From assembly GCA_038562375.1 (NCBI GenBank), contig JBCFAY010000016.1:5516-69515 (forward strand): 64,000 nucleotides of DNA, written 5' to 3'. The notes under the pieces were generated by a model. The model was given only the letters and a program-made list of their open reading frames with translations, made no database searches and had not been told where the DNA came from. The position numbers and the translations under genes were made by a program. Positions 10,855-19,383 of this stretch are shown piece by piece. The DNA is from Bacillota bacterium (lineage in GTDB: Bacteria > Bacillota > Clostridia > Christensenellales > CAG-138). Each line of letters starts with the position of its first letter. Position 1 is the first letter of the stretch.

Positions 10855-11179
10855 GCCGGTGCTGTTGCTTATCCTCAGCGTTGGACTGAAAGGGAAATCC
10901 AAGTTTCGGCTGTTTTTTACGCTGCCTTTGTTTGTAGTGCTGGCCTTGTTGGATGCGCTGGACGATTTGTGCGAGCTCGCCACTGTGTTCTGCCCGCGCG
11001 TAAGCTACCGCGCGGCGAACGGAGAAAAAAGGACTCTCGCGGCCGTGCTGCGGCCCACGTCCGCAGTGCTGACCGGCTGCGTATGGGAGCTCGCGTTTCA
11101 CACAGGCCCGTTGGATATGGTCGATGTCGATGTAAAAGACAAAGGCTCGACGGTAAAAGTCAAAGTGCTTACGCGCTGA
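10844..11179 (+). CDS. Hypothetical membrane-associated protein
   Basis: ATG 10844 overlaps the upstream stop; hydrophobic LPLFVVLALLD segment; C-terminal MVDVDV..VKV resembles the upstream protein's C-terminus. Confidence 0.6.
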   Translation: MSNKPVLLLILSVGLKGKSKFRLFFTLPLFVVLALLDALDDLCELATVFCPRVSYRAANGEKRTLAAVLRPTSAVLTGCVWELAFHTGPLDMVDVDVKDKGSTVKVKVLTR

Positions 11180-11192
11180 GAGGAAAGCGTTT

Positions 11193-11543
11193 ATGAAACT
11201 GATTTTGAAATGGCTTATATGCTTTGGCGCTCTCCTGGCGGCGCAGGCGCTTTTTCCTGCAGAGGTATCCGGGGGCGTATGGCAGTTTGCGGTTGCCGCA
11301 CTTGTGCTGTGGCTGCTGAACCTATTGGTGCGCCCATTGCTGCAGGTATTGTGCCTGCCCGTATCCATGCTTACATTCGGCCTATTTTTCTTTGTGGTCA
11401 ACACATGGATGGTCTCTATTACGGATGCCCTGCTGCCCTTCCTTCGGGTGGATGGGTTTTGGTTGCGCCTGTTCGTTGCGCTGCTCGTATCGGTCGGCAA
11501 CGCGGTGCTGATCGGCGCGCGTCACAGAAGAAGCGAAGCTTAA
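11193..11543 (+). CDS. YvlD-like four-TM membrane protein (phage holin family 4)
   Basis: AALVL.LLN.LVRPLL..L.LP...LTFGLF..VVN motif. Confidence 0.85.
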   Translation: MKLILKWLICFGALLAAQALFPAEVSGGVWQFAVAALVLWLLNLLVRPLLQVLCLPVSMLTFGLFFFVVNTWMVSITDALLPFLRVDGFWLRLFVALLVSVGNAVLIGARHRRSEA

Positions 11544-11570
11544 AAAGCGCGCTGCGGTTTTGAGAATAGT

Positions 11571-11602
11571 AAGGCCGTCCTTTGAACAAGGGCGGCCTTT
11601 CT
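11571..11602 (+). terminator. Terminator of the DUF2089 operon
   Basis: AAGGCCGTCCTT/AAGGGCGGCCTT stem with a short T tract. Confidence 0.7.
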
Positions 11603-11649
11603 GCCGTATCTTTTCGAAAAAGAGTATATCTCTCCGGGCAGCTCCCCTT

Positions 11650-11912
11650 TTTGCCGAATCGCTTGTCCCTTAAGGCGAACGCGAGATTTTAGCGCGGATG
11701 ACAATATTTATATACGTCGTTTTGAAGGCGATCGGATGTGCGCGCCTACATCCTTCCCGGACGAATACCCGAACCTGCCGTTCCGGTGCGGTGCAAAACA
11801 AAACATTATAGCGCAAGTTGGCGCGACAGGCTGCTCGCGAAGCAGCAACCCGAGCACCAACTTGCGCGGCGAACTTCGAAAAAACGGGGGCTTCCGCTTT
11901 TTCGACAAACTG
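11650..11912 (-). mobile_element. Structured repeat element, copy 2 (inverted orientation; left boundary approximate)
   Basis: Reverse complement begins CAGTTTGTCGAAAAAGCGGAAGCCCCCGTTTTTTCGAAGTTCGCCGCGCA versus CAGACTGTCGAAAAAGTGGATCCCTCCACTTTTTCGAAGCTCACCGTGCA at 44350. Confidence 0.65.
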
Positions 11913-12002
11913 CGCGGCTCCCTTCCTCCAAATCCTCGGGACTGCCTCCCTTTTGCCGCGCCACCCCGTAAGGATCGCATCACATCATGATCGGGCGCGG
12001 AT

Positions 12003-12143
12003 TTAGATCAGGCATTTTCCGATCAAAATCAGCGCCGCGCTCACGCCGAAAACCAATATATATTCGGGTACGCACAGCAACAGCAACAGCACGCCCGCCG
12101 CGATGAGCCCTATTCCCAGCCACAGTCGGCTGGACTTTTTCAC
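12003..12143 (-). CDS. Small two-TM membrane protein
   Basis: GTG start after AGGAG; 46 aa, two hydrophobic segments. Confidence 0.5.
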   Translation of the reverse strand: MKKSSRLWLGIGLIAAGVLLLLLCVPEYILVFGVSAALILIGKCLI

Positions 12144-12294
12144 CAGGCGCCTTCTCCTGAATTGGATACTCGCATTGTTCCGAAAGTTATACCCATAGGG
12201 GCCGCACGCGCATCTTGCCATCCCACTCACCCTCCTTCCCTATCATACGCTCCCGCGCCGAAGTATGTTCACGCGCTCCAGCCGGGTGGAATAG

Positions 12295-12477
12295 ATTATG
12301 GGGAAGGGAGTCGAACCCTTTTAAACTTCCATGCTTCCCGCTCTCCAAATGCTTTGATCTCAATGCCGCTGCTGCTTCGGATGCGGTTCGAGGCGCAGGG
12401 AGTCGCAGCGGGGCTGTTCCGGCCGATGCGGCAAAACAGCGGCTTTGAAGCGTATGGGGTCGATCCGCTCCCATAAT
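12295..12477. repeat. Palindromic intergenic repeat, family 2 copy A
   Basis: Imperfect terminal inverted repeats ATTATGGGGAAGGGAGTCGAACCC / GGGGTCGATCCGCTCCCATAAT; shares blocks with 34715-34862 and 47123-47291. Confidence 0.5.
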
Positions 12478-12507
12478 TATTGATTGCATGAATACGGAGG
12501 AATAAGA

Positions 12508-13278
12508 ATGAATGCTCCTATCGTTGAACTCGATCACGTCAGCCTGACCTACCATGAACCGACAGCGGAAACGCTCGCGATAAAAGAGCTTTCCTTCACG
12601 ATAGAATGCGGCGAATTCGTCGCGATCGTCGGGCCTTCGGGCTGCGGAAAGACCAGCGTACTGTCGCTTTTGGCCGGCCTGATGGGGCCTTCCTCCGGGA
12701 GGGTCCGCATCCTCGGCCACGATGTAACCGGAACCAATACGGACGTGGGATACATGCTCCAGCGCGATCATCTGCTCGACTGGCGCACGGTCGAAGGCAA
12801 TATTCTCCTCGGGCTGGAGGTCAAGCGCATCAAACGCCCGGATACCGTGGAGCACGCGTTTGAGCTGCTCGAGACCTACGGGCTCTGCGACTTCCGCCGC
12901 CATTATCCAAGGCAGCTTTCCGGCGGCATGCGCCAGAAGGTCGCCCTGATCCGCACGCTCGCGTTCGGCCCGGATATCCTGCTGCTCGACGAACCGTTCT
13001 CCGCTTTGGATTATCAGACGCGGCTCCACCTCGCGGATGAGGTCCGCGCCATCATTCGAACCGAAAAGAAAACGGCGATCCTCGTTACGCACGATATCGC
13101 GGAGGCCATCTCCATGGCCGACCGGGTACTCGTTTTTTCCACGCGTCCCGCGACGATCAAAAGCGAGCATAAAATTGAGTTCGATTCGGAAGCGGCGCCG
13201 CTCGCGCGCCGCAATCTGCCCGGTTTCAAGGACTATTTCGATTTGATCTGGAAGGAGTTGGATTGGAATGAAGGATAA
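12508..13278 (+). CDS. ABC transporter ATP-binding protein, NitT/TauT family
   Basis: GPSGCGKT, LSGGMRQ, LLLDEPFSALD, VTHD. Confidence 0.92.
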   Translation: MNAPIVELDHVSLTYHEPTAETLAIKELSFTIECGEFVAIVGPSGCGKTSVLSLLAGLMGPSSGRVRILGHDVTGTNTDVGYMLQRDHLLDWRTVEGNILLGLEVKRIKRPDTVEHAFELLETYGLCDFRRHYPRQLSGGMRQKVALIRTLAFGPDILLLDEPFSALDYQTRLHLADEVRAIIRTEKKTAILVTHDIAEAISMADRVLVFSTRPATIKSEHKIEFDSEAAPLARRNLPGFKDYFDLIWKELDWNEG

Positions 13279-14086
13279 TCCCGCCTTATATTCTTTGGAA
13301 CATCAAAAGTATCTCAAGGAGCTTCGCCGCAGGAACGCGTTTATTAGCATCATGCGGTATCTGATACTGTTTGCCTTTATCGGCTTTTGGGAGCTTGCGA
13401 CCCATTACGGCGTTCTCGATCCCTTCATCACCAGCAGCCCTTCCCGCTTTGCCCAAACGATCGGCAACCTGTACGCGAGCGGCGAATTGTTCCGGCATAT
13501 CGGCACAACGCTCTATGAAACCGTGGCGGGATTCGTTTTGGGCACGCTCTTGGGCACGCTCATCGCGATGCTGCTCTGGTGGAGCCCCAACCTCGCGCGC
13601 ATACTCGATCCGTATCTCGTCGTCCTCAACGCGCTCCCCAAGATCGCGCTCGGCCCGATATTGATCGTATGGGTAGGCGCGGGCATCGAATCCGTCATCG
13701 TGATGGCGCTGCTGATTTCCCTGATCGTCACGGTGCTTACGGTGCTTACCGGCTTTAATGAGATCAGCGCGGAAAAGCAGATGCTCATGCGCACGCTCGG
13801 TGCAACCAAGCTGCAGATCTTCACGATGGTCGTATTGCCCGCGAGCGTACCGACGATCGTTTCCGCGGTCAAGATCGGCATGAGCATGAGCTGGGTCGGC
13901 GTGATCGTCGGGGAATACCTGGTGTCGAAGTTCGGGCTTGGATATCTGATCGTCTACGGCGGCCAGGTATTTAAGCTCGACCTTGTCATGGCGAGCATCG
14001 TCGTGCTGTGCGTGCTCGCGGCGCTGATGTACTACGGCGTCTCCTACATCGAGCGCAAGCTCGTGCAGTGGCGCGCGCCGAAGTAA
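13268..14086 (+). CDS. ABC transporter permease, NitT/TauT family
   Basis: PKIALGP, LGA...QIF..V.LP, WVGVIVGE..GLGYLI; multiple TM segments. Confidence 0.92.
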   Translation: MKDNPALYSLEHQKYLKELRRRNAFISIMRYLILFAFIGFWELATHYGVLDPFITSSPSRFAQTIGNLYASGELFRHIGTTLYETVAGFVLGTLLGTLIAMLLWWSPNLARILDPYLVVLNALPKIALGPILIVWVGAGIESVIVMALLISLIVTVLTVLTGFNEISAEKQMLMRTLGATKLQIFTMVVLPASVPTIVSAVKIGMSMSWVGVIVGEYLVSKFGLGYLIVYGGQVFKLDLVMASIVVLCVLAALMYYGVSYIERKLVQWRAPK

Positions 14087-14236
14087 ACATCGCGCCCTTC
14101 ATCGGCGGGCGAAACGTTTTCGCCCGCTTTGTTTTTGTGTTATAGTATCTATAGTGCGAGTTTACGCCAAACGCCCTTGCGCAGCTCGCCGCCAGTGCAT
14201 CGGATCAGAATCGCGCCCATTTTTGCGGAGGCTCTC

Positions 14237-14500
14237 ATGGAAAAAGCATACCGGGTTTACCTTGTCCGCTGCCGCGACGGCACGCTCTATTGCGGGTATA
14301 CGGTGGATATCTCCCGAAGGCTCCGCGCACATAACGCGGGGCTTGGGGCGAAATACACGCGTTCGAGGCTGCCCGTAACGCTCGCATACCTTGAGCAACT
14401 GCCGAGCAAAAGCGCCGCGCTGCGGCGCGAAAACGAGCTGAAGAAGCTCTCCCGCGCCCAAAAAGAGGCTTTGATCGGGGGCTTGTCCGCTCCCGGATAA
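14237..14500 (+). CDS. GIY-YIG nuclease family protein (UPF0213/YazA-like)
   Basis: VYLVRC.DGTLYCGYT...RRL..HN.G.GAKYTR.R.PV motif; GGAGG RBS. Confidence 0.9.
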   Translation: MEKAYRVYLVRCRDGTLYCGYTVDISRRLRAHNAGLGAKYTRSRLPVTLAYLEQLPSKSAALRRENELKKLSRAQKEALIGGLSAPG

Positions 14501-14533
14501 AGAAATTGGCAGGCTTCTAGCCTGCCAGCTTCT

Positions 14534-14857
14534 TTAGCAGCAGCTGTCGCAGCCGCAGCCGTTGCCACAGCCGTTACCGCAGCCGTTGCCGCAGCTCGAT
14601 CCGAAGAACCCGCCACACGCGATCAACAGGATGAGGATACACCACAGGGAGTTGTTGCCGCAGCCGCAGTTGTTGCCGCAGGTGTTGCCGCAGGTATTGC
14701 CACAGGTGTTGCCACAGTTGTTCCCGCAGGTGTCGCCGCAGGTGCTGCCGCAGCCGTTGCCGCATCCACAGCCCGTGTTGCCGAGGCCGCCGCACAGGAG
14801 CAGCAGGATAATGATCCACGAGCAGCTATTGTTATTCCCTACACAGCTATTGCACAT
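14534..14857 (-). CDS. Cys/Gly/Asn-rich repeat protein, probably spore surface
   Basis: AGGAGG RBS, ATG 14857; 107 aa with 24 Cys in CGxx repeats and two hydrophobic W-I/L-rich segments. Confidence 0.7.
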   Translation of the reverse strand: MCNSCVGNNNSCSWIIILLLLCGGLGNTGCGCGNGCGSTCGDTCGNNCGNTCGNTCGNTCGNNCGCGNNSLWCILILLIACGGFFGSSCGNGCGNGCGNGCGCDSCC

Positions 14858-14956
14858 AAACCGTTCCTCCTTAAAATTACGCAATCGACGAGCGCACGCC
14901 GCTTGTCGCCAGCTATCTTATAGTACGCGCAAGGCGCAAAACGTGTGCATCCGGTC

Positions 14957-14986
14957 TTGACAAAAAATGCCCCGTTGAACTATGCT
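14957..14986 (+). promoter_or_regulatory. Putative SigA promoter of the glycyl-tRNA ligase gene
   Basis: TTGACA-N18-TATGCT about 50 nt upstream of the start. Confidence 0.5.
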
Positions 14987-15036
14987 TAAAAGGCTTTTAA
15001 TGCGTACCTGATGCGCATAGAAACGGAGGGTTTGCT

Positions 15037-16428
15037 TTGTCGAGTGAAGTGACGATGGATAAAATCGTTTCTCTATGCAAAAATCGCGGGTTTATTTTCG
15101 CCGGGTCCGAAATCTATGGCGGGCTCGCCAACGCGTGGGATTACGGCCCGCTCGGCGTGGAGTTTAAAAACAACATCAAGCGCGCCTGGTGGCGCAAATT
15201 CGTTCAGGAGAGCCCCTATAACGTGGGCATGGATTCGGCGATTTTAATGAACCCCGAGACTTGGGTCGCATCGGGGCACGTGGGCGGCTTCTCCGATCCT
15301 TTAATGGACTGCAAGGCCTGCAAGACGCGCCACCGTGCCGACAAGCTCATAGAAGATCACGCGCAGAAGACCGGCGCCCCGGACGTGCATCCCGACGGCT
15401 GGAACAACGCCAAGATGCAGGAGTATATCCGCGAGAACAACATCGTCTGCCCCGAATGCGGCAAGGCCGATTTTACGCCGATCCGGCAGTTCAACCTGAT
15501 GTTCAAGACCTTTCAGGGCGTCACGGAGGACTCCGCGTCGGAGCTTTACCTTCGCCCCGAGACGGCGCAGGGCATCTTCGTGAATTTCAAGAATGTTCAG
15601 CGCACCACCCGCCGCAAGATCCCCTTCGGCATCGCGCAGATCGGCAAATCCTTCCGCAACGAGATCACGCCCGGCAACTTTACGTTCCGTCTCAGGGAAT
15701 TCGAGCAGATGGAGCTCGAGTTTTTCTGCGAGCCCGGCACGGATCTTCAATGGTATGAATACTGGAGAGCGTTCTGCAAAGACTTCCTGCTCGCCCTCGG
15801 CATGAACCCCGAGCACATGCGCCTGCGCGAGCATGAAAAGGCCGAGCTTTCGCACTACTCCAAGGGCACCACGGACATCGAATTCCTGTTCCCGTTCGGC
15901 TGGGGTGAACTCTGGGGCATCGCGGATCGGACCGACTTCGACCTGCTCGCCCACGCCAAGCATTCCGGCGTGAGCATGGAGTATCAGGATCCGTTCACCA
16001 ACGAGCATTACACGCCGTACTGCATCGAACCGTCGCTCGGCGCGGACCGCGTCGCGCTCGCGTTCCTCTGCGACGCGTACGACGAGGAAACGCTCGAAGG
16101 CGGCGACGTGCGCAACGTTTTGCGCCTTCACCCCGCTCTCGCGCCCTACAAGGCCGCCGTGCTGCCGCTGCAGAAGAAATTAAGCGATAAGGCGCGCGAG
16201 GTCTATGCGCTGCTCTCCAAACGGTTTAACGTGGATTACGACGAGACGGCCGCCATCGGCAGGCGTTACCGCCGCCAGGACGAAATCGGCACGCCTTTCT
16301 GCATCACGATCGACTTCGACACGCTCGAGGACGGTACCGTGACTGTGCGCGAGCGCGACTCGATGGCCCAGATCCGGCTGCCGATCGAAGGGCTTTGCGC
16401 GTATCTGGACGAAAAAGTGGAGTTTTAA
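15037..16428 (+). CDS. glyQS: Glycine--tRNA ligase (alpha2 type)
   Basis: [50 protein letters not shown]. Confidence 0.98.
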   Translation: MSSEVTMDKIVSLCKNRGFIFAGSEIYGGLANAWDYGPLGVEFKNNIKRAWWRKFVQESPYNVGMDSAILMNPETWVASGHVGGFSDPLMDCKACKTRHRADKLIEDHAQKTGAPDVHPDGWNNAKMQEYIRENNIVCPECGKADFTPIRQFNLMFKTFQGVTEDSASELYLRPETAQGIFVNFKNVQRTTRRKIPFGIAQIGKSFRNEITPGNFTFRLREFEQMELEFFCEPGTDLQWYEYWRAFCKDFLLALGMNPEHMRLREHEKAELSHYSKGTTDIEFLFPFGWGELWGIADRTDFDLLAHAKHSGVSMEYQDPFTNEHYTPYCIEPSLGADRVALAFLCDAYDEETLEGGDVRNVLRLHPALAPYKAAVLPLQKKLSDKAREVYALLSKRFNVDYDETAAIGRRYRRQDEIGTPFCITIDFDTLEDGTVTVRERDSMAQIRLPIEGLCAYLDEKVEF

Positions 16429-16440
16429 TCTTGGAGCAAC

Positions 16441-16476
16441 AAAAAAAGGTCGCGGGGATCACCCGCGACCTTTTTT
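16441..16476. terminator. Bidirectional terminator
   Basis: A-tract GGTCGCGGG-GATCA-CCCGCGACC T-tract between convergent genes. Confidence 0.88.
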
Positions 16477-16493
16477 CGTTGGAAACCCCGATC

Positions 16494-16970
16494 CTATTTT
16501 AACGGAATCATCTTCACATCGATGATTCCGTCCCTTATTTCCATCACCGCAATGCCGCGGCGCGATCCGAGACGCGGCTCCGCTGCGCTGCCCGGGTTCA
16601 ACAGCGTAACGCTTCCGTAGCGCTCCAACGTCGGCACGTGCGTATGCCCGAACACCGCGGCGCCGCATTCGAGCTCCAGCGCGCGTAGGGCAAGCCGCAT
16701 CAGGTTGTATTTCACCTGATAATGATGCCCGTGCGAAAGCAGTATCCGGGCTCCGGCAAGCTCCACGACGCGCTCGAGCGGGCCTTCCTTGCTAAAATCG
16801 CAGTTGCCGCACACAGAGTATACCGGCAATCCCGTATTCACGGCAAGCCATTGGGAATCGCGGAAATAGTCCCCCGCGTGCAGCCATGCGTCGACGCGCC
16901 CCGCCGCGTCCAGAGCGGCTTTGAGCGCCTGGATATTGCCGTGGGAATCGCTTATGACGCCGATCCGCAT
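16494..16970 (-). CDS. YfcE/YsnB-family metallophosphoesterase
   Basis: SDSHG, HAGD, GNCD, HGH, GHTH and NPGS motifs. Confidence 0.92.
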   Translation of the reverse strand: MRIGVISDSHGNIQALKAALDAAGRVDAWLHAGDYFRDSQWLAVNTGLPVYSVCGNCDFSKEGPLERVVELAGARILLSHGHHYQVKYNLMRLALRALELECGAAVFGHTHVPTLERYGSVTLLNPGSAAEPRLGSRRGIAVMEIRDGIIDVKMIPLK

Positions 16971-17566
16971 CCGATCCCCGCCGCTTCCAGAGCGGCCTTG
17001 AGCCTTTCAAGCGCGGCCCTGCGGTGCGATACCGAGTTTTTCTCCTCAGCCGTCAGCTGCGCAAAGCTCTTTTGAAACCCTTCGTGAAAGAACAGCGGAT
17101 CATATCCGAAGCCGTTCGAGCCTACCGGCGCCCAGAGCAGCCTTCCCTCGCACTCGCCCCGCACGCAGAATTCACGGCCATCGCGAAAGGCAAGAGCGAC
17201 GGCGCTCACAAAGCGGCAGCCGCGATCCCGGTCCGGCACGTCCACCATCAGCGAAAGCAGCTTGAAATTATTTTTTTCATCGTCGTGCCCCTCGCCCGCA
17301 AAGCGCGCGCTGTAGACGCCGGGAGCGCCGCCGAGCGCGTCCACCGCAAGGCCGCTGTCGTCGGAGAGAGCGGCGTCCGCATCCGAGACTAAGAGCACCT
17401 CACGCGCCTTTTTGAGCGCGTTTCCCTCGAACGAGTCGGCGTCCTCCACGACGTCGACCTCAAGGCCGGCCTCTTTGAGCGTCACCATCCGATCGAAGAA
17501 ACCGTCGAGTATCTGCTTGATTTCGCGCACCTTATGCGCGTTGTTGGACGCGATGATCAGCTTCAT
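16952..17566 (-). CDS. rdgB: Non-canonical purine NTP pyrophosphatase (RdgB/HAM1)
   Basis: ASNNAHK, DDSGL, PGVYSARF, GFGYDPLF, KN.VSHR. Confidence 0.95.
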   Translation of the reverse strand: MKLIIASNNAHKVREIKQILDGFFDRMVTLKEAGLEVDVVEDADSFEGNALKKAREVLLVSDADAALSDDSGLAVDALGGAPGVYSARFAGEGHDDEKNNFKLLSLMVDVPDRDRGCRFVSAVALAFRDGREFCVRGECEGRLLWAPVGSNGFGYDPLFFHEGFQKSFAQLTAEEKNSVSHRRAALERLKAALEAAGIGCGSAS

Positions 17567-17573
17567 CCTTCAC

Positions 17574-19352
17574 CTATTCGAGCGTAATCCCATAGATTTC
17601 GTTGAGCCTGGTGCCTACGACGATCGTGTTATTATATACGGCGGGTGAAGCTTCGATGTTGCCGCCAAGGTTGATCGTGTCGAGAAGCACTCCCGTCAGC
17701 CCGTCGAGCAGGAACATATCCCCCGCCTGATTGCACTGGATGATATATCCCTTGCCGGAAGCGTCGTAGATCGCCACAGGCGAGCTCCAGGGATAGTTTT
17801 CCATCGGAAAACTCCAGCGCTCCTCGTGGGTGTTTTTATCGATCGCCACAAGCACGCCGTCGTTTGTATTGGGATGGCGAGCGATGGGCACGAAGATCAA
17901 ATCCGCCAGGCCCTGCTCGCCCAGCGCAAGCGTGCCCTGCACGCCGCCGGACACATCGGCTACGGTCCTGCAGTCGTACTCGACTTTCCAGACGATCTCT
18001 CCGGTCACCGCGTCGATCTTCCAGATCGGTATGGTTGCGGTCGAGCTTACGGGAGCGCGCCAGCCCCCGTGGAAGGAAGTCGAGGTATAGATGTACGGAT
18101 GATGGTCCGCGCCCTCGAGCGAGAGCACCGGGGTACAGTTCGTGTCGTCGAGCGTGTCCTGCATCCATTTGACCTCATAGGTATTCAGATCCAGGCAGAA
18201 CATATTCCCGCCGTTGTCGGTAAATATCGCGCAGCCGCGCCAGACGACGGCGGAATCCTCGATGCCGAGCCAGTATGGGCTGCTCGAGCCGGTCGAACTG
18301 CGCTCCGTCTTGTAATGCCAGCGCACGACCTCCGACGGGCCGATCGAAAGCGTGCCCGCCGATTCGTCGTATTTGGTGTTGAGCTTCATCGTATAGAGCA
18401 CGCCGTTTTCGCCGGGATAGATCAAAGTATCCGTCTCGGCGTCCACCAGAGCGGAGCTGTCGAAGAAGCTGATGTGGCCTTCCCTGAGCGCAAAATCGTC
18501 GCTGTTGCCGAAGGTGTAATCTACCTTCCCCGTCACGAGGTTGACGATAAAGCTCCGCGCGTACTGGCCGCCGCCCGTGGAGGTATGATCCCCCGCGCCG
18601 ACATACATCAGGGGAATGCCCCTCGGATCGAGCGCGCCCGCGCCCTTGAACGGGAATCCGACATTGATCGGATCGCGCGTCTTTTCGCCGGTATCAAGAT
18701 CGAGGAAGTAGATATGCCCGTCCATCGTGGCGTAGATCACCTCGACGAGCCCTTCCTTGTTCTTTGCAGAGTCGTACATGTTCATGATCTGCTTGGTCGC
18801 GTCCGGCCATTTGACGATCAGCGGCTGGCCTGTCCAGCCGCTGCCCGTCCACGAGCCTTCGCCCGTGCGCTTGGGCAGGCTGCCCGTCTTAACCGTCCAC
18901 GGCTCGGTATCGAACTTTTTTTCCGAGAGCTTCGCCACGCCATAGAACGCGGAGGAGCGGAAGTTGTTGCCGCGGAAGCCGATGATCCCCTCGAGCTTTG
19001 TATAGTTTACGCCCTCGAGGAAATCGATCGGATCGGGGCGTGTATACGAATCGACTTGCTCGCCGTCCACCGATAGTCCGGTGGTAAGCCCGAACGCCTG
19101 CGGCGAGGTGTCCTCGGAAATCGAAGTCGGCGAGAACGCGGGAACCGGAGTCGGGGTGGGAACCGGCGTCGGGCCTTCGGTCGTTCCGGGCTGATTGGGC
19201 CGCCCGGAAGTTATAGGATTGTCATCGTTGGGTGCGATCTGGTCGCGGAAAAGCAAAAAGCCCAGCACGACTGCCGCGAGAAGCAGCAGGAGCAGCACAT
19301 AAAAGCGCAATCCCGGCCTGCGTCTGCGTCTTCTTCTTTTGAGCTGTGACAT
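17574..19352 (-). CDS. Membrane-anchored PQQ-like beta-propeller protein
   Basis: Poly-Arg N-terminus, single TM, PT-rich linker, repeated D..TG...W blade motifs, SSPV and IEASPAV. Confidence 0.8.
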   Translation of the reverse strand: MSQLKRRRRRRRPGLRFYVLLLLLLAAVVLGFLLFRDQIAPNDDNPITSGRPNQPGTTEGPTPVPTPTPVPAFSPTSISEDTSPQAFGLTTGLSVDGEQVDSYTRPDPIDFLEGVNYTKLEGIIGFRGNNFRSSAFYGVAKLSEKKFDTEPWTVKTGSLPKRTGEGSWTGSGWTGQPLIVKWPDATKQIMNMYDSAKNKEGLVEVIYATMDGHIYFLDLDTGEKTRDPINVGFPFKGAGALDPRGIPLMYVGAGDHTSTGGGQYARSFIVNLVTGKVDYTFGNSDDFALREGHISFFDSSALVDAETDTLIYPGENGVLYTMKLNTKYDESAGTLSIGPSEVVRWHYKTERSSTGSSSPYWLGIEDSAVVWRGCAIFTDNGGNMFCLDLNTYEVKWMQDTLDDTNCTPVLSLEGADHHPYIYTSTSFHGGWRAPVSSTATIPIWKIDAVTGEIVWKVEYDCRTVADVSGGVQGTLALGEQGLADLIFVPIARHPNTNDGVLVAIDKNTHEERWSFPMENYPWSSPVAIYDASGKGYIIQCNQAGDMFLLDGLTGVLLDTINLGGNIEASPAVYNNTIVVGTRLNEIYGITLE

Positions 19353-19383
19353 GGATCAATACCTCGCAATTTTCTAGGAATGA

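Noticed and set aside
11193-11543. Prophage suggested by a holin-family protein
   Set aside because: YvlD-like membrane protein in a chromosomal operon; no endolysin, integrase or structural genes nearby.
12297-12375. tRNA gene suggested by the GGTTCGACTCC motif
   Set aside because: No D arm, anticodon arm or correctly spaced acceptor stem within about 76-90 nt; kept only as a tRNA-like motif.
14237-14500. GIY-YIG protein as a homing endonuclease or intron marker
   Set aside because: Short stand-alone UPF0213-type protein; it interrupts no gene and no intron structure is evident.
14560-14770. 12 bp tandem repeats as a possible CRISPR array or non-coding VNTR
   Set aside because: They are in-frame codon repeats (CGNT/CGNG) of a gene with a strong RBS; no unique spacers and no cas genes.
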